A stretch of 64,000 nucleotides of DNA, taken from assembly GCF_006345805.1 (NCBI RefSeq), contig NC_043004.1, positions 57,040,001 to 57,104,000 of the forward strand. The letters run 5' to 3'. A program made the translations under genes and the position numbers. The stretch comes from Octopus sinensis (taxonomy: Eukaryota). This document shows positions 13,228 through 26,666 of this stretch, piece by piece (positions within the stretch are counted from its first letter, which is position 1; each line of letters opens with the position of its first letter). The notes beneath the pieces are model-generated. The model searched no databases. It was given only the letters and a program-made list of their open reading frames with translations, and was not told the DNA's origin.

Positions 13228-13432
13228 TGGTCCATGTTCTTTACATCCGCCTACCTAAATCTTGCTCCCAGATAAAACGAATCTTCCCTGGCTTCTTAAT
13301 ATTCTCTACCAGATACTTTATCTTAATTTCATTCATTTTCTGCCTCACACTCGTCGACACTGTCTCCACCTCTTGCATCAACTCCTCTGCCTACCTCACT
13401 AAGTTTGTCCCCAGAACTATGTCGTCAGGCTA
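13228..13432 (-). mobile_element. Decayed non-LTR reverse transcriptase fragment (RTE-like)
   Basis: Hand translation [39 protein letters not shown] resembles the xADD...GL.MN..KTKY region of RT. Confidence 0.55.
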
Positions 13433-13477
13433 AAAAGGTATCACGTGATAAATTTCCTGACGACACTATATATATAT

Positions 13478-13805
<328 letters not shown>

Positions 13806-13924
13806 CATATAGATATCCATATATACCTATATATATATACATATATATATATACACATATATATATACACATACATATATACATATAGATATCCATATAT
13901 ACCTATATATATATATATATACAT

Positions 13925-13955
<31 letters not shown>

Positions 13956-16900
13956 AATATATATACATAGTACACTTGAGCTATTCAGACATGTGCATTT
14001 TATTAAATATACAGTCAATACTATACTTATGAATGAATTCCAGAGCAATAGTTTAGGGATTTGTCCCCATAACCTTTATTCCATTATCCTTCAAAGATTT
14101 CTCTCTATCTCAGTGCTAGTCTCTTGCACTGAGAAACGATTCTTAGAAACAGTTCGATTTCTTTTTTGATTAATCTTCTCCTTTCCATCATTTGCTTCCC
14201 TATTACTTCGCTCTGCCTTGTCTGGCAGTAGAGATAATGCTTGTGAATTGCTTCCTTCACAAATGACCTTGATAATTCAGTAGGTTGGTCTGACCATTAA
14301 TCATTTTCTTACTACGTACCAGTAGACAATATACTACACTTTGATAGATATATTGCAGACAAACGGAGCCATGGCTTTCTCTATTGTCAGAAGTGGGGAT
14401 AATTGTGTCAGTGGAGCTCCCTTATTCATACCCCCTCGTAAATTTTTCTGATCTCATTAAATATACATTATTTTGATAAATCCATACTGTCAACACAGAT
14501 AGTAGCAGAATCATTGAAAACGTTTTGCTTCGTGGATTTAAACTATGATAAATCAGTTTGAATGTCCTTCCTTCTTAAATTCATGTATTCATCTCATAAA
14601 CACCGTTTCTTTATAATGATATAATGTATTCATTAATCAATTAAAGGAGTCATTAGAAACGGCCGTAATGAATTGATAGCTGTCCTTCATAAACTCCTAT
14701 TTAGTGTGATAATTTATTGAATAATACAGACAGTTATTTTCTTTTATTGTATAGTCAAGTTTACACTAAAATATAGGCATAACTCTTCCGGGTGCGAATC
14801 TATGTTTCTAACACTCCCATGCTCTGTAATCATATGAGGTCTTCAGTAGAAGACGGAACGCTGAATCTCTAAGAAATTTCAACTGTTTACATACAAACAT
14901 ATTAATTTATATCAGAAATCGGAATGATATTGATATGGCAAAGGTACAGTTATATCTTTTTTTCTAATAACCTCCCTGTAACACACCTAACACGGTTGTA
15001 AAATCTTTGAAATAACATGCAAAAATTATATCAAAATTATTTACAGAAGTACGCTATTATTTAGATAATGGCAGAGTATCTCAAGCAGAAACGAATATAT
15101 TTACCTTTCGTCATAAATCAATATATTATCGCACAAAATTTGAAATTACATATGTATTTTGAACCCTTTACGTGATGTAAGAAAATTAATTTCTATACAC
15201 TTGTGAGATTTTAAATTCTATTTCTTATATAACAAACCATTTCCGTATATTAATTTTAAAACTATATTTACAATTACTTTCAGATATCCAAGCACTCTTC
15301 TAAAGTATTGTACTGATGTAACCTTCTTAAAAGATTCATGGACATTGCCAGTGGATTCATATCGTTTCGGTTTTCTATTGGATTTACCGGTGTGTATATA
15401 TTCAGTTTACATCTCTTATAATTGTTTGTGGCTTCCACTTTTGAGCTGTTAGAATGTTTATTTTAAACGGGGGAATGTTACAAACTAATTTGTATAGTGA
15501 GGTAAACATATGTAAAGTAAGAATATATTTCTAAATATGTTATAATATTTACAGCCAATAATTATGTTTCAGTGTCTTTCGTCTTAATCACCTTTATACG
15601 AATACACCTGAATTTGCTCAAGTAGCCCCGATTAAGTACAATTATCCGTATGGATTTGCCGTATGGACCGTAGTAGTCCTAGATACGAAAAGTACAAGCA
15701 GATGTCACTTCCGAGTGAATATCACTTGATGAAACGTATTGTCCGTTCGTTAATTGTTTTAGATAATCAGCGAAGTCACTATCAGACGTAACACGATTTC
15801 TGTCTCACGAATGATCGAACGTATGGCGTCTAATGGTGGAGCGGGGCTCCATAAGTAATTGAATAGACGTCATTTATATTTGAGAAGACAACAGCAACGG
15901 GAAAAGCATTGCTTTGCTCACTTGTAAAGCGTCCTGCCCTAAATTTGAACCGAACATAAAGCCTTCTGATTACGAGCTGAATACTTTAATGATCTAGTTC
16001 GCGGCATTCCTGGATCATTTGCCATGAACTATTTAAATATTTTCATTGACTATTTATTTGTCAAATATGTGGTGACGGCAAGGATGCTTGCAGACTGGGA
16101 TAGTTTAGTGTGTGTGAATCCAAATACTAGAAAAATATATCTCTATTTATGAAAAAGCCACCAATGACTAAATTAGTGAATCAGAGTATCGTTATTCGAA
16201 TGTGTACGCTTTGGTTCTTGAGACTTTGCTGCACTAGGAGGGTGTACTAAAATGCTCCAATCTAGAACACATCAGTGTCATGTTTGCAGTAGTGGGCGTC
16301 ACCATAGTAAGAGATTTGGGTATCGTGAAATCCAGAGCGAATTACAACTGACTTGTGGAATAGAAAGAGTTAGAAACGCATTAAAAAAGCACATCTGTGG
16401 TTTTGCACAATATGAGGGAACAAACGTGATATGACCAGCGTTTATAATGCTGCGGATATGGTTTGGTCCAGATCTCAAAGTAAATAAAAACAGAAGACGA
16501 AATGGTAGCCGGTGTGCATAATCTCTCTCAGAAACTGGTTGTAGGGAAGCTATAACGGAAATGTCAGTAATTAAATTCATGGATTTTTAAAGCTCGGGAG
16601 CCATAACTTGAAGTAGAAATATCATTAACATGGGGAGGCATGCTCATAATGCCAAAGTGTATTTCCTTTAAACTGATTACTCTGCCGTCAGCGACATCTG
16701 TCTTAAATGCAAGGACTACAACGAAATGGTCACTGTCGTAAATGAATATCGCCTCACTGGAATCGAGTGGACTGCTAGGGAGATAGTGTTAGATTTCTTT
16801 AGTTGTAGCTATAACAAAATATCACAGTAGACAAAATCAAAGCAATTTATTAAGGTTCTATTTTATTTTTGATATGATTAAAATATAACGTCTCATGCGA

Positions 16901-17849
16901 TATCGTAATATCCAAAAGACGCTTTTAATTAATTTTCCTTATAATTTTGAATATATTACATTGGGAGTCGTTATTTTGGTTTCGTTGTTGATCAGCTTAG
17001 TTTGAATATATCTAACACGAAATTAGTTCAAGCTGTTGACAGCCATTCAATATGTTTCGGATTATATTACCCAAAGTATCTCTTTATAAAGAAACATTAC
17101 GTTAAGGTTTTGGAAGATTTCGCAGCTGTTGTTAACTGAATGGACAACTGGGAAGAAATATATTCATTGGTTTCCGTTTTAATATTAGAGGGGTTTAAAG
17201 CAATTTGGTAAAAATGTCAGTTTAGTCGAGTATTGTTAGTTCACATCGGGTGTGGCTGTGATATTTCCTACTACAGCCCGCATTCTTATAGCAATTGCCA
17301 CAGTTACTAGTGTTTTTGGTTCATGAATAGTTAAGATTTGCATTATGTTTGAACTTAAGGTTTGGGAATATAAGTAGATGTTTAGAATCAATTGTGTATT
17401 CGTATAGCTCTATTCAAATTTCTTTTATATGTCACTTATGTCAATTCAAAATATTTTACCAATAACATACCGAAGTCCAGTTATTCAAGTTATATTCATT
17501 TAAAACGAATACGAATTTCGCTCTTCGAAAAAATTGTATTTAGCTTTATTGATAATAAATGATGTTGTTCTTGCTTTTCGTTTTTTAACTTGAAAATATT
17601 AAATGTCTGACAATTGCGTCACGAGGGACGAAAGATCATCGTCCGAAAGATATGACACATAACGAATTATTGCTTACGAAGGATAGGCAAGAGTTTGGTA
17701 TGCCCGAGCTTCTTGGAAGATTAGAGCTAGTTTCCTAATGTAAAAGAGCTAAGAGAACGTTGATAACCTATATTCAAAGATGAAAAAAGAGAGAAGAGTA
17801 AGAAACCGGAAAGCAAATTATATAAAATTATACACGTGCAGGCGCGCAA

Positions 17850-18281
<432 letters not shown>

Positions 18282-18782
18282 TTATCTATCTATCTATGTA
18301 TCTATCTATCTATCACCAATCGGCATGTGCGTGTGTATAAGTATATATACAAAGGGATGGTGAAAAGTTCTTGTCTTTAAGGATATCGCGAAGGGCCTCC
18401 CTGGAGACCCAAATATCCGAGTAATTAAAACGGCTCTAAAAAAAAACTTAAGGATCGCTGCTATAAGTGTGTGAATCTGTAATGGAAACATTGAGTAAAA
18501 TCATAATTAACTGATTCTCAAGTGCCTTCCTTCAACCAAAACCAGGAACTTTTCAGTGCCACCTCGTCTATACACACACACACACATAAAAATGCGTGCG
18601 CACACACACAAGTATGTCAATGTGTGTGTTTGTTCCTGTACATGATCCACAGGATGGCAAGAAACATAATAGAAAGTTAGTAATGTAGTTTAAAATTTAC
18701 GTATATAGTAAGTGTAAATCTCCTCCACTCATCCCAAGCACGTAACGAATGAAAACATCTTTCTATTCCATTTCAGCGAGCG

Positions 18783-18825
<43 letters not shown>

Positions 18826-18949
18826 ATATATATATACACATGCAGAGATAAAGAGGGAGAGAGATAAATAGATAGATATATATACACACACACACGTATC
18901 CATGCATACATGTATATATATATATATACACGCACACACACACGCACAC

Positions 18950-18984
<35 letters not shown>

Positions 18985-19263
18985 GTATATGTGTGTGTGT
19001 GTGTATTCTTGAAGTTTTCCTGTACAAAGCCAATAAATCGAATATTTTTCTCGCCTAAGGTCAAAGAAACTAATATATATCCTGAAGGGAAAGGGAAAAT
19101 AGAACCAATGATGTGCGAGTAGAAGACAAATCTAATTATCTTGGGAAACATTTGAAAAGCTACGATGATTCTTACGTATATATTTACACACACATACAAG
19201 CATCCATCCATGCACACAAATGTACGAGCGCACACACGCACGCACACATCTGAACTCACACAT

Positions 19264-19269
<6 letters not shown>

Positions 19270-19296
<27 letters not shown>

Positions 19297-19390
19297 GACA
19301 CATGCACATATCTCTCTATACTTCTCGATAAATATATATATAATATATATATATACATATTTATATATATTCATATATATATATATAATA

Positions 19391-19432
<42 letters not shown>

Positions 19433-19810
19433 TATATATATACATATTTATATATATTCATATATATACATACATACATATATACATATATATATATATA
19501 ATATATGCATATATACATATATATATACATATATATACATATATATATACATATATATATATAATATACATATATATATATAATATATATATAATATATA
19601 CATATATACATACATATATATAATATATATATACATATATATATATACATATATATATATAATATATATATAAATATATGCATATATACATATATATATA
19701 TATACATATATACATATATATTATATATATATATAATATATATACATATTTATATATATTCATATATATATATATATACACACATATACATAGATAATAT
19801 ATATATGTAT
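19270..19810. repeat. Compound (TA)n/(TACA)n microsatellite
   Basis: Directly visible. Confidence 0.95.
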
Positions 19811-22800
19811 GTGTATGTGCGTGTGCTTATGTACACATCCTTCTATTAATTTCCATGAGACACTACTAGTCTATTCTTGAACATTGATTCTACTCTTTTA
19901 TGATTTAATACCATAAAAACAATTTTATATTGTCTATGAATACTTGAAGTATGACAAATTCAACATAAGGTAAACCAGATGACTACGATCCATTTGGTTC
20001 AATCTATAGGTTTTGTGCTTGTCGCTTCACCCATGACTTTCGAAATGATTCGTAGCTGGACTAATGCGAATAGAATTCACAATTGCGTATAAATAACTTT
20101 CGATCTCAACAATGTCGATTTAAAATAGGCCAATATATTACATTCAGTTATATTGGCTATAATTTATTTCTCCTTTGTGTATGAAATAGATTTGTAAGTT
20201 GACCAGTTCGCCATCATTTTGTGTTCAGTACATTAGAACTCCATTTTTAGTAGGAAAGTTGTATAATACATATTCTTATACTTTCCGAATTCACGAAATC
20301 ATTGTCAATAACATATTTCTTTTGAATATACCTGTATGTAATAACTAGCGAATCCAAAACCAATAATTTTCTTATAAGGTTTGTGTGTGCACGTGTATGT
20401 GTGCATGCATGCGTGCGTCTTTTAACACACTGAGAAAATTGGAAACAATCATAGTTCATTAAGTAACAAGATATTTTGCGATTTCTTAACAACCTTCAAC
20501 TATCTACAAAAATCTTTGCTTAATCTCTTTCTAATACAAATTGCTGGCTGCTATTTCTAGCAAAGGTGATATACTGTTGCTCGTTCTCATTGTTCATCAC
20601 TATATAATGCTGAGAAGTAACTCCAATATATCCCGCGTGTGGCCTTGCGAACATATTACTTATTCTTATCAATATACCTGTTGCTGCTGATTTCGTCAAA
20701 AATAGTTATTATACGTTAACGAAATTATTATTAGTAACATGAATGTTTGTGGATGTAATTATCGATTTAATGAAGAACTGGTAGTTTTAGCATTAATTAT
20801 AGCCACAATAGAGAACACAATCACACTTTTGACCGCTGTTAGCCTTTTATACAGTAGTAAAACGTATTGACGTAAATATAAAATTAAAAAGAATTTAAAA
20901 CTGACATTCACCTACATTATAAATTGAAAGAATAAGTATGAGTCTGTATATGTTTGAGAAATTACATTTATAACAGGGAAGGGAGGAAGAGAGTGTCAGA
21001 CAGAGAGAGACAGACAGGTAATGGGACAGAGGAAGCGAGCATTCCATAGCACTCTTGGCATTGGCGCATAATTTGATCGTATTACAAGTAATTATAAATA
21101 GTGATTGTTCACATGATCACATGTATTCTAATAATTCCCCTGGCATGTAAGACTAACTCAAAATGTTTCACTGAGACGATGAAAACAAACTGCATATATT
21201 TCTTCGATATGATAGTGCTAGTTACCTGATGTTTATAAGGTTATATAAATATCGATGAATATGATTATAACTGAATCAGCAGATTCAAAACGTTGAATAT
21301 AGTTATCACGAAGTATTAAATGGAACACAAATAATCAATATAAGAAAGGCTTTGCAAGTAAGTTCAAAGAAACTATTTGTATGAATACAAGATTCCTATT
21401 AATTATTTGCCATAGTGTTTGGTGAAAATGGTTATCTTCAACTTAGAAGTGGAAATCAATCAAAAGCTAGATTTAAATAGACTTTTGCTTGCTGTGAATC
21501 TATTTTGCTATTTCGAAGAATGTTATCTGAGAATCGTATATGCGACATGAAAACTTAAGCAACAAGTAACATAGGCGAACTGTACCAAGCAAAATAGCAA
21601 CTCTGAAATAAGCTGATCCTTTTACTAAATTATTATAACGTAAACAATGTCAGCATTAAAGAATACTACAATATGTATAACAGTTGCAGTGTTTTACACA
21701 ATATTTGAAGTGCATTCTGAACACAGGTGCATGATCACACATTTATAGAATGATAAGGTAATGCATAAGGCGTTTTCATATTTGATTTCTATAATTTGCT
21801 ATTTTATCAGGTAACAATCAAAAGGTTATGTTATTAATAGTCTAAGAGTTGCAAACCAAATAACACATACGAACAATAAACGAGAATTTTTTGGTGGATA
21901 GTAATATTAAATGTCGAGATACTATAATGCCTACTGTAACATGTGAGGTACAGTTGCTTAAGGTAATGAAGAAATTTCATTGATAGCGTTGTAACAACTT
22001 AGCCATAGTGTTAATGAAATAAAAACAGCAAATGCATTGAAATATATCAGGGTTTCCATAAATATCTTACATATCGATCATGCTTCCGACATTAAAATTA
22101 TAAAGAGTAATTTAAGATAAATATTTTAGCAGAATCAGTGTAAAATAGGGCAGTCCAATGTTTTGGACAGTGAACTTTCATAAGCAAATAGAAAATAGGA
22201 AGTTGCTACAGAAGTAATAGTTTACGGTGAAAACGCTATGTTAAATGATAAACTTGACTGCGAAATGTGTATGCAGATAAAATGTGCCATTTATGCAAAT
22301 TAGAACATCCAAAAAAATAAATTGTGGATATGAGTAGTTCCTAATATAGAATCAGAAAATACGCACGTTATTTCTCCGGTAGTTACCATGGAGGGAGAGA
22401 AAATAGCCAGAAACGGCCGTGTGAAAATCCGTTAGAGAGCACTATGAGGTAGATATGGTGATATTACTCCTTTTAATAGTAGGAGAAATTTTTTGTACTT
22501 GGTGACTGCCCGTGAATTTCTCTTTAGAATTTAAAATACGTCACAAACGTATTTTAACTTATCTAAAGTTTGTTTACTCCTTCACATGCTTGACGTTCAT
22601 GCTGCTATATTTAGCCCGGCAGGGCGGTTGAATAGCGCAAATCAGTCACTAATGTTGACAGATTTCAAGTTAAAGCTACGGCATCGGATATACATCGGTT
22701 ATCTTTCTTCGGTATTTCCCAGTAAGGAAGGCTAAAGACCCAGAAACCGGTGTTTTGGAATTCGAAGTAGGGAAGCCCTGGGCACATATGGTGCTTTAAC

Positions 22801-22987
22801 ACCTTTTACCATGTAAGAGAATTTTTCTCAACATCATCTGCAGTGGATTTGCCTTTAAAAGTTAAAATATGTCCGAAAAATATTTTAACTAACCTCCTCT
22901 TCGTTTATTCATAATTACTGCTTGGCGCTGGTGCTGCTATACATATACATATACACATAAATACATACATACATACATATTTGCGCA

Positions 22988-23038
<51 letters not shown>

Positions 23039-23067
23039 AATTTATTTAAAACAGCAGAAAATTCAAC

Positions 23068-23114
23068 AAAACCTGTTACTCTGAGTTTCACGTGCCGTTC
23101 ATCGGACAGTTTTT
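23068..23114 (-). ncRNA. Type I hammerhead motif, core variant CCGAUGA
   Basis: AAAAA-CUGU-CCGAUGA-ACG[GCA]CGU-GAA-ACU[CAG]AGU-A-ACAG-GUUUU: all three stems pair; predicted cleavage between 23077 and 23076. Confidence 0.7.
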
Positions 23115-23206
23115 GCTAGCAAATTACTCTAATAAAGCATATTACTCTACCACTGGTATTTGAGTACTATTTTTTCCACCTTGTTTCACATTTATGTGTT
23201 TACTCC

Positions 23207-23267
<61 letters not shown>

Positions 23268-23319
23268 GTTTAAATATTTGTTGTGCAAGATTTTTATGTG
23301 AAGTCGTGTGTTGAAACAG

Positions 23320-23759
23320 ATATTGTTATATTTCGGAATGGTCATATTGCCAGTTTAGCCAATAAAAACACACGCACTATATATTTGGTGTTATTTTGCT
23401 TCAGTGATATTTATTTTTTACATTAATCTTAATCTTATTTCGGCCAAAGTTCTTTCGTCACACTCCTGTGACCGCATCAGTGGTCCTTTGTTTTCTTCTC
23501 ACTTACTTGTGTCTCTCCTTACTAACCGTCAGCCATTTTGTACAAAATGGCTGACGGTTAGTAAGGAGAGACACAAGTAAGTGAGAAGAAAACAAAGGAC
23601 CACTGATGCGGTCACAGGAGTGTGACGAAAGAACTTTGGCCGAAATAAGATTAAGATTAATGTAAAAAATAAATATCACTGAAGCAAAATAACACCAAAT
23701 ATATAGTGCGTGTGTTTTTATTGGCTAAACTGGCAATATGACCATTCCGAAATATAACA

Positions 23760-23763
<4 letters not shown>
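23320..23763. repeat. Perfect 444-bp palindrome (222-bp arms, no spacer)
   Basis: Centre ttttgt|acaaaa at 23541/23542; I found no mismatch comparing arms by eye. Confidence 0.95.
23597..23641 (+). ncRNA. Hammerhead-like motif (core CUGAUGC, very short stem III); mirror copy on the minus strand at 23442-23486
   Basis: GGACCA-CUGAUGC-G-GUCACA[GGAG]UGUGAC-GAA-AGAACU-U-UGGCC: 6-bp stem II and stem I with one bulge, but A9 is C. Confidence 0.5.
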
Positions 23764-23792
<29 letters not shown>

Positions 23793-23944
23793 CATGTATA
23801 GCTATATATATATACAATATATAGTTTTAAATCAACGCACCTACACACACTCCACTTCACCCCTCTCTCACTGTCACTCCCCCATATACGCACCCCTTCT
23901 AATGTTTATGCCAAATTTCTCAATATAACAATACCCAGTATGTA

Positions 23945-24031
<87 letters not shown>

Positions 24032-24250
24032 ATATATCTGATAATGCTACATCGCACACCCGCACACATAATACCCATACCCTTGGTTACACCAATGCAC
24101 CTACACACACTCCATCACTCCATATCTCCCCTCTCTCACTCTCCGGGGCACACACACGCACGTTAGCAAGAATCACGAGACAGTGATGGCATCATAGAAG
24201 AGCAGCGTTATCTGCATATTCCAAACGTTACCATAAATTTAAAAGACATG

Positions 24251-24296
<46 letters not shown>

Positions 24297-24591
24297 TCTA
24301 GAATTAGGAAGGCGTCCCGCTAACGAACCTTGCCTTGGCAAACATATTCTGTCTGTTTTGCTAGAAAGAGGTAGAAACTGATCAGTCCGGGATATATTGT
24401 TAATGGTAAATGTTTTTGATTTTCACTCTCTCCATGAATTTATCCCTCTTTGTGTCTGTAGCACTAAGCTTCCTTATTTGGGAACCTTTCATTATATTCC
24501 TATATGAATAATATTTTGTCTAATGACTAATTCCTCTTTTGTGCTAGGCCACTGGTAATAATAACCTATGTTATTACCCTTTTTGTTTATG

Positions 24592-24670
<79 letters not shown>

Positions 24671-24672
<2 letters not shown>

Positions 24673-24868
24673 CGGGAAGGTTTACGAAAATAAAGAAAAG
24701 ACGAAGGCAGGTGGAGTACAAACAAACAATTGTATTAGTATGGCGCTCAGGAATAGAAATAAAACAAGTCTTTTACGTTTCGAGCCTACGCTCTTCAGCA
24801 GAAAGATACACAGAAAAGAAATAAGGAGAGAAAAAAATGCGTGCAGGAGCTAACGATTCAACATGGCG
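24671..24868 (-). mobile_element. Pseudo-LTR-like HHR repeat (family A, copy 2)
   Basis: Dispersed copy of 13478-13680; the 3' end abuts (TA)n. Confidence 0.7.
24769..24806 (-). ncRNA. Minimal type I hammerhead motif, core variant CUGCUGA
   Basis: UCUUU-CUGCUGA-A-GAGC[GUAG]GCUC-GAA-ACGU-A-AAAGA: perfect 4-bp stem II, palindromic stem III. Confidence 0.65.
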
Positions 24869-24917
<49 letters not shown>

Positions 24918-24930
24918 CATACATGTATAC

Positions 24931-24968
<38 letters not shown>

Positions 24969-24984
24969 GTATGCATATATATGT

Positions 24985-25270
24985 ATCACGTGATCACGTG
25001 ACCGATCTGGTCAAAATGCGTTTAGCATTGTTTTAGCCTTCAAATGACGCCACCCCGCTGGCTAAGCGAGCAGGCCAAGAGAAGAAAGAGTGAGAGTAAG
25101 TTGTGGTGAAAGAGTACAGCAAGGATCACCACCACCAACTGCCGGAGCCTCATGGAGCTTTAGGTGTTTTCTCTCAATAAAAACACACAACGCCCAGTCT
25201 GGGAATCGAAACCACGATCCTACGACCGGGAGTCCGCTGCCCTAGCCACTGGGCTATTGCGCCTCCACAC
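24985..25270 (-). mobile_element. SINE family 3 (tRNA-derived)
   Basis: Minus strand ggcgcaatagcccagtggctagggcagcggactcc...ggtttcgattccc has A and B boxes; a related copy lies at 32366-32560. Confidence 0.75.
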
Positions 25271-26136
25271 ACACACATACACACACACATGCACGTAGAT
25301 ATGTATATATATAAACTCTAGTGTGCTTTGATTGTAGTCGTTAAGCAACAACTAGACATATTAGTACTACACTTCATAATACAGAGAGCACATGTAGAAG
25401 AAATTACTATAAATACAGGTTTCTGATCATGTGTTCCTACGTACGTTTTGTCATTATGGTTGCTTGGAACTCTCTATTGGATGTTCCATGTGCAATTTAA
25501 TATTTAATCACAATCTGATCCTCAGAGAACACTTTATCACTCTATTTTGCTAAGAATAACGTCCAGAGTTGGATAAAATACCAGGCGTTTTATCAGTATT
25601 TTCAGAGGTTAGTAGATAGGAAGCAATTGATAGAGAAGGTATAGAGTGGCTAACACATACAAGTAAGGAAGAGCGAAAAGTATGTAGAACGCACTAAATA
25701 ATGAATGAAGGCAGAGAAAAAGAGACAAATTCGGAAAAGTGGAAAACAGAAGAAAGGAAGATAGCTTGAACAACCCAAAAAGAATAAATATGTATATAAA
25801 CCTGTGATAAAGTAAATTGAATATATAAATAAATAATAGACCCAAGAGATAAAGGAAAAGGAAGAGGAAAATAAGAATGTATAGTGTGCAAGAAGTCATA
25901 GGGAGAAAGAGCCTATAGGAGAGAGTGATTGGGAAGTAAGGGACTCGAAACATAGGAGTCAGTTAATCGTGAGTCAGTTAACATATGGAATGGAAGCAAC
26001 AAATATTGGAAAATGAATGCAAAAATATACACATACATACATAATTGTTTGTCATGATCTCACACATGATTGGTACCCAAAGGTCAAGTTCATAGTAAAA
26101 CCAAAAATCCCATACTTAACACACACACACACACGC

Positions 26137-26196
<60 letters not shown>

Positions 26197-26202
26197 TTAG
26201 AT

Positions 26203-26268
26203 AAGGCGGCGAGCTGGCAGAACCGTTAGCACGCCGGGCGAAATGCGTGGCCGTATTTCGTCTGCCGC
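26203..26268 (+). mobile_element. SINE family 1 head only, directly abutting the LINE 5' end
   Basis: aaggcggcgagctggcagaaccgttagcacgccgggcgaaatgcgtggccgtatttcgtctgccgc, then unrelated LINE sequence. Confidence 0.9.
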
Positions 26269-26666
26269 ACATGTGTTCGTGAAGTAAGAATTGCTGTTTC
26301 GTGGTGTTAATATTGTTAACAACTGTTGTTTCTTGTTAAACTGTTGAATAACTTAACTGTTGGAGTTTTCAATTGAAAACACTTAGTGCTTGTGGTAGCA
26401 CGCGTTGTTCATTCCCCCTTTGGGGGGAATAATGTCGTCTAGCATGGAGCCTACCGTTGGAGCAGAAATACTAGTTTCTCCTGTTGAGAGGAGGAAATAC
26501 ATGTCCGGCGAGGAGCCAACTACAGACAAGGAAATAGGGGTTTCCCCCGCTACAAGAAGGAATAGCAGAGAGGATAATATATTTGATATTTTTGGAGATG
26601 TGTATCTGAGAGCTCGTCAGAACTTTCACCAGAAGAGTTTCCGACTTTGCCAGAGAACAAGGCATT

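Noticed and set aside
14795-14860. Minus-strand CUGAAGA…GAAAC
   Set aside because: Stem III and stem I do not form.
16252-16800. Moderately GC-rich stretch with short ORFs
   Set aside because: No recognisable domain, stops in all frames, no convincing splice sites.
24165-24240. atgg…aaacgtta-ccat resembling a decayed HHR
   Set aside because: Both conserved core boxes are absent.
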